From IMG/VR virus record IMGVR_UViG_3300029982_000012: a stretch of 64,000 nucleotides of DNA; one strand, written 5' to 3'. The notes under the pieces were generated by a model. That model saw only the letters and a program-made list of their open reading frames with translations, had not been told where the DNA came from and did no database searches. Position 1 is the stretch's first letter. Every line of letters starts with the position of its first letter. Origin of the DNA: a virus. Of this stretch, positions 19,186-30,280 are shown in pieces. The position numbers and the translations under genes are program-made.

Positions 19186-22100
19186 TTATGAGCCTATCAA
19201 AGAAACCGAAATATCTGAAATTTGATTTGCAATGAAAGCTTTCTCGCCAGTTACTAACTGAATCTCATCTGAAGCAACTGTGTAGGCAGGATTTGTGATC
19301 ACAACAGATATAACTCCAGGAATTGCTCTAACTGCTTCAACGATGGAAGACAAATCGATACTTTGACCTAACGGATTAGATTGAATGAGGGCATATACAG
19401 TAGACTGAATTTGGCTAGTAATTTGCGCAAAAGACACGCCGATATTTGTCCTGATTGCAAGAGAAATCTGAATATTCTTTAAAAGCGGTTCTCTAATGAA
19501 AATATCTGTTCCTGCGGCATTTACACCAGGATAAGTAATAGAGTCTCTTGGATCTCCATAAATAACCCTGTTTGCTTCTCCAATAAGACCTATATCGAAA
19601 TTGTAACTATCGATACCACTTCTAAAAGTTGTTGGAAAGTTTAATTTACCTAAAGATGTGAGCCCTACATTTGCAGATAAATTAATTTTATCGTATTGTG
19701 CAGAAGTATTAAGCACAATATTGTTAAAATTAGTTGTTCCAGGCTGAGGAGAAATATACGCAACTTGTTTGTATCCAGTATAAACTTTTCCTTCTTGCAC
19801 AGACAAAGAAACTGAATTTGTGGATAGATTGGTATTGTATTGCGTAGAAACAACACCGGCAATAATTGCCGTAGTTGGACTTAGAACTTCAAGGATTTCA
19901 TAGGTTCCAGCATTTCCTGTACCTAAAACCGATCCATTAATTACTAACTTATCGCCAGGAATAGTTGCGTCATATTGGAAAAATTGGATTTGCGGTCTAC
20001 TTACAGAGAAGGTAACCGCAGACATGCTAGATTGATTAACGGCTTCTGGACTAATTACGGTTAAGAACGATTCTTGCCCTGTTTGAGTAACAACAAAACT
20101 GAAAGCTGCTGGCATCGATACATCAACAGGAGAGTTAGTAGCAGCAGAAACAGTATTGGTAGCCGTAACAACATTAGATGCAACAGATACGTTTATTGCA
20201 GTCAGATGTCCGTTAAGGGCATTGTATAATTCGTTTGCTACAGTAGTAGAGGAATCGGAAGCGTTAATGGTTACTTCGATGCCAGTAAACCCAACAGGTG
20301 CTGGATCAGTATTACTTCCACCAGAAACATTAAACCAAACATAGTATTGGTTAGAATTTCCACCATTATAGAGTTCAAAATAATCAGCAGCGCCAGAAGA
20401 AGAAAATGTACTACCGGCTGGCATAGTGAATTGAGTAATTTGTACCTGTGAAGGTCCAGAATTTGTAACCATGAAACTGCCTTGGTTATCGATATTAAAT
20501 CCAGTTCCAAAAGTAACAACATCTCCTGGTAATACGTTTTGTAAATTAGGAGGTGTTCCAGTCCCTGTCCAGACCAATTCTTGTGTGCCTAAAGAGGTGA
20601 CTACATTGAATACGGATGTTGAGTCATAACCAGTAGAAATTGGATTAACTACGCAAGTAATTTCTTCTTCTATTGCATTATCATTTTCGTACCAGATACT
20701 GTTGTTAAACATTCTGATAACTCTATAAGTTCCTTGATTTAAAGGAGAGAAAGGAGAGGCAAGAATTACGCTATCTCCTTCTGAAACAGAAGAAGTTGAA
20801 GTAAAGGCTCCTGCAGCAATTGCAGTACCACTCTCAGCCACTGCATTTGGATTAGATACAGTAAAAGAATTTCCTGTAAGACCTTCTACAAAGAAAGTAC
20901 CATTATTGCCTGCATTGGCAGCGCCAGTAACAGTAACTAAATCGCCGATTGATAACTCAGAAAAATTTGTATTTCCAGATGCAACGGTATATGTTCCAGT
21001 AGCGGATACATTTAGGGTCCATCCTCCAGAATCATTAAAATTTAAATTTGTACTAAAATTAGGAGATGATCCAACACCATTCCAACTCAAACAAGCAAGG
21101 GATCCTTGCTTTTCAATTCTGAAAGTGTCACCCTCTACCCTTACATAATTTCTTGGGCTACCAAAGTAAAGTTGATCCGCTGTTTGGTTTTCCAAAATAA
21201 CGGTTGATTCGCCAGAAATTGGGGTATTGCTTAAAACAGTAACGCTCGTATTAGACGAGAAACCGGTATTCTTATTTTGATAATTTTGTGCCGCTGCTCT
21301 AAACCATTGATCGCTCGCCACAGCTTGACTTGCGATACTATTGGCAGAGAATATCATTTCGTTATTGCCTAACAACTCTCCAGAAGTAAGAACTGGCACA
21401 ACATACTCATTACCGCTTCCGCCCACAATTTGAATTGATCCTACAGATCCAACTGTATTGGTTGCTAATTGGAGATGCGTACCTCTATCAGAAACTTCAA
21501 CATTTCCTACGGTAGTAAAGCCAGTTACTGCCAAAATAGACCAGAATTTCTGTACTTGATCCATTGTGGTTGGGACTAATACCACTGTGTCTCCGGCATT
21601 AAAAGAATATCCTGTATCGCTTGGATAGGTTAACGGTTTTTTAAAGGTAAACTGAGGAGTTACACCAATAGAAGAGTAAGCGATTGTTGTGTCTCCTACT
21701 CCACTTCCACTTACTTTAGTAAGCACTCCAGATGCTGGCGGAGTACCGATTGATCCAGTGGTGGTAAGGGATGTTCCAGCACTAATAGAAGATGTGACCG
21801 TAAAATATTGTAATTGATTATTACTATTGAAAGTTGTATATACTGCTCCTACAGTAGCATTCGCAGCACCAACAGCAAATACATACTGACCATCATTGGC
21901 AATCCAGTTAATCCCGTCTTTCAAGAAATAAAATGGGATCGTGAATCCACTATCTTCATAGGTACTTAACACAATAATACCTGAACCAGAAGTTCCGCCA
22001 TCATTCACGATTGTAGTCGTAAAATAATTAGACAAATTTGCGTTCACATAAGTATTAATTTGGGCTGCAGTAGTTGGAGATGATTGGTAAAAATAAATAC

Positions 22101-25100
22101 CATTCAAAACACTGGTCGTAACATTGGTTTGAGCAACTGCAACTCCGTCAGGTCTTTGCACTGTAAATGAAGTTGAGGTTGGCGCAAATCCTGCAGCAGT
22201 TGAGATCCTGAAAGTTCCAGTATTATTTACATTAAATCCAGTAGAAGGCAATATCGTTACATATTCTCCACCAGACAAAGTAAGTGCTGGAGATGTACCG
22301 GTTCCACTAAAGGAAAATGAAGAGAAAGTAATGGTGGTATCACCTGTACCACTAGTTTTCGTTAATGTTCCAGAAGCGGGAGGCGCCCCATTAGATCCGG
22401 TAGAAACTAAAGTTGTGCCGCCAGCTATCGTAGTAGTTACAGTAAAGTTTTGGCCGTTGCTACTTACATATGTGGCACCTGCAGTTGCGTTTGCAGAACT
22501 AACAGTAAAGGTATATTGGCCTGCCCAATTATATGTTACTTGATCGATTCCTGCTGTAGGAGTGTTTGGAGTTATAGTAACATTCCATTTCGTATTCGAG
22601 GAAATATTTGTTGTAATTGGATTTCCAGAAGCCAAACTAATTTGTACACTTACATTGTTTGCTGAAGTAACTGAGATACTAGAATTAATAGCCTGATTAG
22701 CCGAACTTGGATAGACATAAGAAACATTTATATACTCCCCGCTTGCTCCCCAAGCAGTAGATCTATAAAGAAGAGCTGTTTGGGTGTTTGATCCTTGCAA
22801 TACATATTTTGCTTGCAATAACGCTTTAAAGTTTGAAAAGTCAAACCCAGTGAAATTGGTAGAAAAGCTAGCAGTTGGTCCAGTTGCGGTGTCGTATGCA
22901 TTAAAACTGTAATTGTTTATTGCGTATGTGCTATTTACTAACGCATTTCTATAAAGAGGAAGAGTATAGGTCTCACCAAGGGTATTATTGTCTACAATTA
23001 CAACTACAGAATCGTTATATCCAAAATCCAAAGGATTTGCTATATAAAATCTGTCTGCCACTCTTAATCTACGAACATCTGGGTATTCTGGTAGGATTGT
23101 AATGGCACTTCCAGCCGTTTCTGACATCTGAACGGTTTCACCGGAAGGCTGTTCATCATCAAGAATGGTTCCTGGAACTATTCCGTATGGGTTTAGGAAT
23201 TGAATTAGTTCATTAGGGTCAAAAGAAGATACCGAAATAGCTGAAGAGAAATTGGTTACATAGGTGTCAATCGGTTCAGCATATGAATCAGAACTGATTG
23301 TTGAATGAAAAAACAAAGGAAGTTCTGCTTGGGCAGACTGAGTCTCATAATATGCAATTAATGCACTTTGACTTACACTATTAAGTCCGCTCTTGAAGTT
23401 TAAAAGAGATCCGGCAGTATCAGAAGTAACTACAGTAATTTGTCCATTTAAGTCATCAGAATTCGAAGTAATGGTAATGTTAGTATTGTCAATAATATTA
23501 AATTGTAATTGATCGGTTTGAGTTTGTAGTTCAATAGCAATTGCATTCAGTGTTTTGGTTCCTGCTTGAACTCTAAATTTTTGCGGAACATTGCTGGTTC
23601 TTACGACAGCAAAGCCAGAAATATAAGAATTATTTGCAGAAGCAGAAGCTATAGCGTATTCTGCTGCGGTAACTTTAATATCTAAAGTGCTACCAGTGTT
23701 TGCATGAACTCTTCCTTCGAGTTGATCCCCAGACGGTACTTGAGGAGACCAAACAATTACATAGTCTCCCGGTAATACATTTGAGAATGCGGAAGAAGAA
23801 TTACTTGTATACCTAACAGTATTTGAGCCTACAAGTGTTACCGACAAGAGAGATCCCGAAATAATAGTCGGTATAAGAACTGCATTTGTATCAATTGAAA
23901 TCCATATGTGGGCATCTGACGAAAGCGTTAAGGAGCCTGAAGAAATGGCTGAAGATTCGATATTGGCTTGGGTAACTGGAGTTCCTGCAGACAGAGAATC
24001 TCCCGCAACTAATGCTGTTACTAATTCAATTTGGGCTGTGTTTCTATCTAATATATAATCCGATGCTACCCCTTTAGAGAAAAGATCGCTAATGCTGATG
24101 ACGCCTTTTGCAATTAAAGAAGTGGGATTTGATGCTGGAGTACTCACTACCAACAGAGTGCCGCCACTAATAGTAACGCCTACGGTAAATGTAGCGCCAT
24201 TATTGGTATAAGTGGCTCCAGCAGTAGCGTTTGTACTGGATACTGTAAAGGCATATTGCCCATCAGATAATTGTAAGAAAGTAGAATAACTAATTGATGC
24301 GTCTCCACTTCCACTTACTTTAGTAAGCACCCCAGGACCTGTAATTGGGGTGTACAGAGTATTAACGATATTAATCTGAGCTCTATCAATTGCTCCTAAG
24401 TTACTGGTAATTTCAATTGTAGATCCCACAATAGATGCGGTGATGCCGGAAACTACGCTATTTAGAACATTTACCCAAGATTGTAGGCTGTTTGAATAGG
24501 AAAGGGTCGTATAGGTTCCTTCAGCAACAAAGTCGGCATCCGTTAAAGTATAAGTAATAGGGCTCGTTCCATCAACTCCAATACTTAAAGTTTCTCCAGA
24601 AGCTAGAGTAGGAGACCAAAGACTTTGTTCTTGTGTAAAAATTGATGCAGTAGACCCATCTTCTGTTAGGAGTTTACCGTTCTTGTAAAGCCTTAAGGTT
24701 TCTGCTATTTGTGAAGGGAATTCCAAAACAGAGTTTGCATCTGTTACAGAAGAACTTGCGGGAGTTGTGACCTGAATCTTATTTGTGACTTCATCTTCTG
24801 GTCTGATAACTACATATGTTCCGCCACCAGCAGTTACTGCCTCAAAATTAAGTAGTGTATCTGCATTTATGCTTGCGCATACTTCATATGCAGTTGCACT
24901 ACCAGGATTCGCGAAATCGGTAGATGCAAAAGTGTGTTCGTAAGTAATATTACCAACAACAACCGTAAGTACCTCACCGCCAGATAAAGCAAAAGGTTCT
25001 AGCGCTACAGTTTGAAGGAAAGCCTTGGTTACAGAAGTTTGTTCTCCGCCAGTAACCAATTGAAAAAATTTCTCTCCACCTAAAGCTGAGTTTACGATGG

Positions 25101-26358
25101 TCTCAATGGCAACACCGGTATGGGTTGCTTCTAATCCAGCCCCATTATCAATATAGACAGTAGTATTTGTAGCCGAATTCAATACGTCCGTACTTACAAT
25201 TGTGTCTGATCCAGTTGGGTCTTGGACTCCTTGAAGAGCGGATTCAATTGCGGTAACGGTACCTAGACCGGTAGAAGCTAAAGCATTCTTGATGTTGATT
25301 CTTAATTCGTCATCTGTTTCAGTATCTAGCCCTGTAGTAATACCAAGCGGATTTGTTACAAAGGCATTTGGAAGACCGGTAGGATTCCCAGAAAATTCAG
25401 AGATTGCACCTGCAGGAACATTCGCTGCGGATCCCGGTAAGACGGCGACGATTGGAATATTGGTTACAGTCGTTTCTCCATCTAAAATAATTCCACTTTG
25501 GGTTACAGAATATTGAATATCTGGAGTTGTTCCAATTCCTGGACTAATTACTATAGTGTTTACTGGTACGGTTCTAACGCCACCTTGGGAAAGAATCACT
25601 GTCTCGCTGATATTATGAAATTTTGTAGTTGGACTATCTAATGTTATTTCCCAAAAACTTCCAATTTGAACTGGTGGGGCCTTATAAGTAAATGCAGTAC
25701 CATTGGTCGATGCCGTATTGCTGATATGGATCTGACTTGAAGAGTCAATAGAAGAAATTGTTGTTCCAGTTGGGATTCCGGCTCCAAAGACAGTAAATCC
25801 TACTAGTAAATTGGCCGTAGAAGGGATTCCTGAAATAATATTGGACGCTATAGAACTAACTCCAGTAAATCCAGTAGAGTTCGCTCCATAAGAAATGGGA
25901 CCTTCTACGTTAACACTTCCTCGACCGATATAAATTGCGCCTGTGGCAGGAAAGGAAGAGGCATTACTTACAAAAATAGTGGTAGAGCCAGCGATTGGGG
26001 GATTCGCTCCTGCATAAATTAGAGTAGATATTTTTTGAAAAGAAAGATCGGTAACTGTTACGAAACTCGTAGCAGCGGAAGCTCCAACAACCGGAACATT
26101 GAATTCGGCGGCCAAATTCTTTAAAGCTGGTCCAGTAGCACGATCTAGGTTGTAATCTCTTAAAATCTGGAATATGTCCCCACTTGCACGGGCTACCATA
26201 AGAGCAACAACTTTAAAGAAACTTACGTTTGCCGACCCAATGTTTAGATCGTTGATCCCCAATGCAGACGCATAACTACTCGATGATTGACCAAGTAAGT
26301 CTTCATAGGACTGGGGCTGTGGTAAAGACGAACTTGGGGGAGTTGGGCTAGTTGCCAT
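19186..26358 (-). CDS. giant baseplate J-like (gp6-like) wedge protein
   Basis: LDRATG..L..LA, G.DTETDDELR, GT..AI..A, C-terminal LGQSI.LS.I...V..IPGV.SV. Confidence 0.85.
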   Translation of the reverse strand: MATSPTPPSSSLPQPQSYEDLLGQSSSSYASALGINDLNIGSANVSFFKVVALMVARASGDIFQILRDYNLDRATGPALKNLAAEFNVPVVGASAATSFVTVTDLSFQKISTLIYAGANPPIAGSTTIFVSNASSFPATGAIYIGRGSVNVEGPISYGANSTGFTGVSSIASNIISGIPSTANLLVGFTVFGAGIPTGTTISSIDSSSQIHISNTASTNGTAFTYKAPPVQIGSFWEITLDSPTTKFHNISETVILSQGGVRTVPVNTIVISPGIGTTPDIQYSVTQSGIILDGETTVTNIPIVAVLPGSAANVPAGAISEFSGNPTGLPNAFVTNPLGITTGLDTETDDELRINIKNALASTGLGTVTAIESALQGVQDPTGSDTIVSTDVLNSATNTTVYIDNGAGLEATHTGVAIETIVNSALGGEKFFQLVTGGEQTSVTKAFLQTVALEPFALSGGEVLTVVVGNITYEHTFASTDFANPGSATAYEVCASINADTLLNFEAVTAGGGTYVVIRPEDEVTNKIQVTTPASSSVTDANSVLEFPSQIAETLRLYKNGKLLTEDGSTASIFTQEQSLWSPTLASGETLSIGVDGTSPITYTLTDADFVAEGTYTTLSYSNSLQSWVNVLNSVVSGITASIVGSTIEITSNLGAIDRAQINIVNTLYTPITGPGVLTKVSGSGDASISYSTFLQLSDGQYAFTVSSTNATAGATYTNNGATFTVGVTISGGTLLVVSTPASNPTSLIAKGVISISDLFSKGVASDYILDRNTAQIELVTALVAGDSLSAGTPVTQANIESSAISSGSLTLSSDAHIWISIDTNAVLIPTIISGSLLSVTLVGSNTVRYTSNSSSAFSNVLPGDYVIVWSPQVPSGDQLEGRVHANTGSTLDIKVTAAEYAIASASANNSYISGFAVVRTSNVPQKFRVQAGTKTLNAIAIELQTQTDQLQFNIIDNTNITITSNSDDLNGQITVVTSDTAGSLLNFKSGLNSVSQSALIAYYETQSAQAELPLFFHSTISSDSYAEPIDTYVTNFSSAISVSSFDPNELIQFLNPYGIVPGTILDDEQPSGETVQMSETAGSAITILPEYPDVRRLRVADRFYIANPLDFGYNDSVVVIVDNNTLGETYTLPLYRNALVNSTYAINNYSFNAYDTATGPTASFSTNFTGFDFSNFKALLQAKYVLQGSNTQTALLYRSTAWGASGEYINVSYVYPSSANQAINSSISVTSANNVSVQISLASGNPITTNISSNTKWNVTITPNTPTAGIDQVTYNWAGQYTFTVSSANATAGATYVSSNGQNFTVTTTIAGGTTLVSTGSNGAPPASGTLTKTSGTGDTTITFSSFSFSGTGTSPALTLSGGEYVTILPSTGFNVNNTGTFRISTAAGFAPTSTSFTVQRPDGVAVAQTNVTTSVLNGIYFYQSSPTTAAQINTYVNANLSNYFTTTIVNDGGTSGSGIIVLSTYEDSGFTIPFYFLKDGINWIANDGQYVFAVGAANATVGAVYTTFNSNNQLQYFTVTSSISAGTSLTTTGSIGTPPASGVLTKVSGSGVGDTTIAYSSIGVTPQFTFKKPLTYPSDTGYSFNAGDTVVLVPTTMDQVQKFWSILAVTGFTTVGNVEVSDRGTHLQLATNTVGSVGSIQIVGGSGNEYVVPVLTSGELLGNNEMIFSANSIASQAVASDQWFRAAAQNYQNKNTGFSSNTSVTVLSNTPISGESTVILENQTADQLYFGSPRNYVRVEGDTFRIEKQGSLACLSWNGVGSSPNFSTNLNFNDSGGWTLNVSATGTYTVASGNTNFSELSIGDLVTVTGAANAGNNGTFFVEGLTGNSFTVSNPNAVAESGTAIAAGAFTSTSSVSEGDSVILASPFSPLNQGTYRVIRMFNNSIWYENDNAIEEEITCVVNPISTGYDSTSVFNVVTSLGTQELVWTGTGTPPNLQNVLPGDVVTFGTGFNIDNQGSFMVTNSGPSQVQITQFTMPAGSTFSSSGAADYFELYNGGNSNQYYVWFNVSGGSNTDPAPVGFTGIEVTINASDSSTTVANELYNALNGHLTAINVSVASNVVTATNTVSAATNSPVDVSMPAAFSFVVTQTGQESFLTVISPEAVNQSSMSAVTFSVSRPQIQFFQYDATIPGDKLVINGSVLGTGNAGTYEILEVLSPTTAIIAGVVSTQYNTNLSTNSVSLSVQEGKVYTGYKQVAYISPQPGTTNFNNIVLNTSAQYDKINLSANVGLTSLGKLNFPTTFRSGIDSYNFDIGLIGEANRVIYGDPRDSITYPGVNAAGTDIFIREPLLKNIQISLAIRTNIGVSFAQITSQIQSTVYALIQSNPLGQSIDLSSIVEAVRAIPGVISVVITNPAYTVASDEIQLVTGEKAFIANQISDISVSLIGS

Positions 26359-26435
26359 TTAAAAACCTCTTATACAGTAAGATTGAGGGTATGTAAGTCC
26401 TCGTATATATTATATCGCCAGAAAATTCTTAAAAT

Positions 26436-29066
26436 CTAATTAGTTGTAGGTAAAGTAAAAGCAACCGGAAAAACCCCTTGAATTCCGGCTAGTTGAACCA
26501 ATAGATTAATTCCCAAACTAGGTCCATTTAATGTGACCTGTAATCCGTCAACTGCGGAGAACCTTGGGTCTGCGGTAACCATATTTACGATTTGTTTGTA
26601 AATATCGGAAGCCGTTATGTCGGATACAGCCGTACCTGGCTTAACACCTAGCCCAAACGTAGGATCTGTTAAGGAAGTACCCAATTGTGTGCCGAATTTG
26701 ATGTTTAATGCCTGTATAAGGTTGGTAATACCGGCAGCAAGCCTAAAATCACCTGTATTGGTCGTAGCAAGGTCCCCAGATGGGTCGAGTAACCAATCAA
26801 CCTTACTTAATCCAACCAAATTGACGTTGGCTACGCTTGAAGGAATAGAAATCTGGTCATAGGCCGGAGTCTGCAAGTCACTAGGTACAAAAATAACATT
26901 TTGGCTATTCACCGTTCCTGGCAAATATGCTTGTATGTATGCGCTATCAGCAATCGTATAGTTGTCCAAATTAGATAAGCCGTCCAAAGTTAATAGAAAG
27001 CTAGTTTGTGAAAGAGGGACAATATCCAAAATTGTCCTAGCGGTAGGAGATTGCGTACTAGAATTTAAATAAATTGTTTGTCCGACAAACAAGTCTTGGC
27101 TAGCACCTATTACAATATTTCTACCATTTGCATTTGACAATAAGGAGTATTGAAATCCATTCTCGTCAATATAGGGCTCTCTTAATTCATTCAGGGTCAC
27201 AATCTCAAGCCACCGTTGCGAATCTCCCAAATATCTTTGAGCAATTTGCTCAACATTTAATCCAAATGGGACTGGGACTTGGATTTTAGAATTCGATATA
27301 GAAAATTCAATGCCTGAAGTAGCGGCCAATGCATTCACGTACTGCATGTTATTTAATATTTGGTCGTTATCTAATTGATTGGTTGCAGTCAACAAATCAT
27401 AAGACTCCACTAAAGCATAGAAGGTTTGTAGTATATCGAACTCGTCAAGAGTCATTGGTTGCGTTCTTACTAATGGAGGCGGTTGATTGAAAAGGGTACT
27501 ATAGTAAGAATTTCCTGCACCAAATGAATTTGATAATTGAGTACAAAGAGTCAAAATAGTATTTCTCATATTTTGCAAGTCCTGTACCGTAAAGTCATTT
27601 ACTGTATCAAGTTCTGTTTGGAGCGCATTTTGTTGAGCATTATTTAAACTCAAACTGTTCACTGGTACCTGACTCATCAGCATAGGATACTGTAGCGGAC
27701 TAGAAAAAACATTGTTTGATGGATTTAAGGTTGAAGAAACAGTTGCAGAATTTCCGAGTTGCCCATTGGCAACAGCAGAAGAGGAAAGCCCTTCATTTGT
27801 CTGATTTAATTGCTGAATTTGAGACAATTTTTGGGTTGTTACTGAATCCGTGGCTGCATTTCCAGTTAGATTATTTATATTTAAAGTAGCCAAAAAATTA
27901 GAAACTGTACTTTTTGCATCCCCAACAAGTTGTGATGGTAAGTCAGAAACTGCCAAAGCTACTCCTGCTAGTTGCTTTACAAGAATTCCTGTTTGTCTTA
28001 TGATATTCAGAACGCTGTCAACATCTGAACGCACTGCACCAATTAAATTATACGCTGCCGCTGCAGTATTTTGAGCCGCACTTATAGTGTTTAATATTTT
28101 TTGTAGAATGCCAGGACTGAGTGGCGTAACTTGAAGAGCATTAAGTCCCGGTTCTTGATTTAAATTAATTCTTCGCCAAGCCTTCAATTGCAAAGTATAG
28201 TCAATTTCTAGTGGGTGATTTACGCTTTCTTCCCAGTTAAAATTGATTGGGGTGACTACGAAGGATTGATTCTGTTTAACAATATCGAAAACTAATCTCC
28301 AACCAGCATTGGCGGGATTTCTTTTGCCTTCTTCATACTGTTCTAAAAATTGCTGAAGCATTATGGTCTGGTAATATCCCGTACCAAAACCTTCGGCTTC
28401 TGGATCGCTTCCATTTAATTGTTCTTGTGGATTGGTATTGTCTGGTCTATAATTTATTGGTTTAGCAGCGTTTGATCCTGTAGTTATATTGTTTATGACA
28501 GATGTAAACTGAGTGGCTACATTTTGAGCAGCTTGAATCGTATTACCAAAGATAGATTGTAATACACCTGGTGTCCCAGGCTGAGGTACAATAGAAGGTC
28601 TTCCAGGCCAAACACCAAAGGTTCCTTTAATGGAAATGTTTTTAAAACGAACACCTGAATGTTCTTCCAAAACGCCTCTTAGGGTAGCCGAAAGATTGAT
28701 GGCAAATTGATCCGTAATAGATAGTTGCTGAGGAGTAATGGGCAATCTAAATTCCCAAGAAGAATCCATGGGAATAAAGGCAAGAGTTCCATTACCGAGT
28801 GGTTCAATATTTATTTCTTGGGGTTCATCTCCACCTACAACCTTATTTCCATTGAAGGTATCTATTACGATAAGTCGATAATAGGCAAGTTTATCCCAAA
28901 GATTTGGGTTAGGTTGCAATTGTGGGAAAAAAGCACTTGAAACCGAAGTCCAGGGAAAGGGAGAGTTTTGGAATGCATATGATTGTACTCCCCCAGAAAT
29001 AGTAAGGGGGCTCAAATTAGATGAACCAAAATTCAATGAGTTAGTATCGGCGACTCCAAATGGCAT
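26436..29066 (-). CDS. baseplate protein with LysM-like segment and C-terminal gp25/GPW-like domain
   Basis: VEQIAQRYLGDSQRWLEIVTLNEL; GDF.LAAGI.NL.QAL...P.FGLG...DPRF. Confidence 0.7.
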   Translation of the reverse strand: MPFGVADTNSLNFGSSNLSPLTISGGVQSYAFQNSPFPWTSVSSAFFPQLQPNPNLWDKLAYYRLIVIDTFNGNKVVGGDEPQEINIEPLGNGTLAFIPMDSSWEFRLPITPQQLSITDQFAINLSATLRGVLEEHSGVRFKNISIKGTFGVWPGRPSIVPQPGTPGVLQSIFGNTIQAAQNVATQFTSVINNITTGSNAAKPINYRPDNTNPQEQLNGSDPEAEGFGTGYYQTIMLQQFLEQYEEGKRNPANAGWRLVFDIVKQNQSFVVTPINFNWEESVNHPLEIDYTLQLKAWRRINLNQEPGLNALQVTPLSPGILQKILNTISAAQNTAAAAYNLIGAVRSDVDSVLNIIRQTGILVKQLAGVALAVSDLPSQLVGDAKSTVSNFLATLNINNLTGNAATDSVTTQKLSQIQQLNQTNEGLSSSAVANGQLGNSATVSSTLNPSNNVFSSPLQYPMLMSQVPVNSLSLNNAQQNALQTELDTVNDFTVQDLQNMRNTILTLCTQLSNSFGAGNSYYSTLFNQPPPLVRTQPMTLDEFDILQTFYALVESYDLLTATNQLDNDQILNNMQYVNALAATSGIEFSISNSKIQVPVPFGLNVEQIAQRYLGDSQRWLEIVTLNELREPYIDENGFQYSLLSNANGRNIVIGASQDLFVGQTIYLNSSTQSPTARTILDIVPLSQTSFLLTLDGLSNLDNYTIADSAYIQAYLPGTVNSQNVIFVPSDLQTPAYDQISIPSSVANVNLVGLSKVDWLLDPSGDLATTNTGDFRLAAGITNLIQALNIKFGTQLGTSLTDPTFGLGVKPGTAVSDITASDIYKQIVNMVTADPRFSAVDGLQVTLNGPSLGINLLVQLAGIQGVFPVAFTLPTTN

Positions 29067-29130
29067 AAATATAAGATTGTCGGTTTAGGTTTACACAGAT
29101 ATGTCACTAAATATGTGATATAAAAAGTAT

Positions 29131-29661
29131 ATGATTAAATTTAGACTTATTAACTTCTTATTGCTTTTCCTAATTTTAGTATCATTTAACACATTGTTAT
29201 CTAAGGTAAAAATGCACCCTAAATTTAAAGGGGTGGACCCTAAAGTTCAGACCTATACAGACGAATGGATGGATTTGGCAGGCGCATACGGATTAAATTT
29301 CAATCATGAGGTAACTATTGGGTTTGGCGATATTAATAGGCCAAACGTTGTAGCTCAATGCGAATACGGATGGAATTTTAGAGAAATCACAATAGATTCA
29401 ACATATTGGAACAATATGGATCCTGTCGATAGAAACATGGCCGTTTGGCACGAATTAGGCCACTGTTACTGTAATGAAGGGCACCAATTTGGAAAAGACC
29501 ATAAAAAATATAATGATGACGGAATTAATCCTCCAGACGGCTTTTTTGACGATAGTTGCCCAAAATCCTTTATGTATCCATATGTTATATACCAGGGGTG
29601 TATTTATAAACATTTTTCGCAATATTTAGACGATATGTTCCAAAACTGTAAACCCTACTAA
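29131..29661 (+). CDS. zinc metallopeptidase with N-terminal membrane anchor
   Basis: VWHELGHC.C...H and SFMYP Met-turn; hydrophobic N-terminus. Confidence 0.75.
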   Translation: MIKFRLINFLLLFLILVSFNTLLSKVKMHPKFKGVDPKVQTYTDEWMDLAGAYGLNFNHEVTIGFGDINRPNVVAQCEYGWNFREITIDSTYWNNMDPVDRNMAVWHELGHCYCNEGHQFGKDHKKYNDDGINPPDGFFDDSCPKSFMYPYVIYQGCIYKHFSQYLDDMFQNCKPY

Positions 29662-29665
29662 TATT

Positions 29666-30013
29666 ATGAACGAAAAAGAAGTGCAAGTAATAAAAGTTGT
29701 TTACGATAGATTTATAGAAAGTGAATCTAACGATTGGGGTGATTTGGATTGTAATTTGGAATTCTTTGATTGGTTAACTGATAAGGAATTGATAAATGAA
29801 ACCAAAGTAAAACGGATAAAACATTCGGAAGGTAAAATTTTTAGATGTACTTCAGCACATAACCAGGAAGACTGCTTTGCACCGTACATTCTTGAGGCGG
29901 TGATTTGCATAGTAAACTTATGGGACAAAACAAGAATACTAAATAAAAAAAATAGATACATTCTCCTCTATTATGTTTCAATGTCTGAAATGGGCCTAAT
30001 TTTTGAATCCTAG
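29666..30013 (+). CDS. hypothetical protein
   Basis: Tandem with upstream gene. Confidence 0.55.
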   Translation: MNEKEVQVIKVVYDRFIESESNDWGDLDCNLEFFDWLTDKELINETKVKRIKHSEGKIFRCTSAHNQEDCFAPYILEAVICIVNLWDKTRILNKKNRYILLYYVSMSEMGLIFES

Positions 30014-30273
30014 TGGTATCTTACCGGCTCTATAATCATACCTAACATAATTTCTTTGGCGTAATCCTTATCTTTCTGAACGCCTTCATGAATTACTGCG
30101 ACCAAATCTTTTATTAGTCCTGAATAGATTTTTTTCGCTTGAGACATTGTAAACAAATAGTATCCTTCTTGGTTAAAAAAATCCCCGTCAAAGTGAATTA
30201 CAAAATATTCCGATTCAATCATAGAAATTTGCTTTATAGTATAACTACCAAAATAAAAATTGTCTTTTTTCAT
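30010..30273 (-). CDS. hypothetical protein
   Basis: Start at MKKDNF after upstream stop. Confidence 0.5.
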   Translation of the reverse strand: MKKDNFYFGSYTIKQISMIESEYFVIHFDGDFFNQEGYYLFTMSQAKKIYSGLIKDLVAVIHEGVQKDKDYAKEIMLGMIIEPVRYH

Positions 30274-30280
30274 AATTCCC

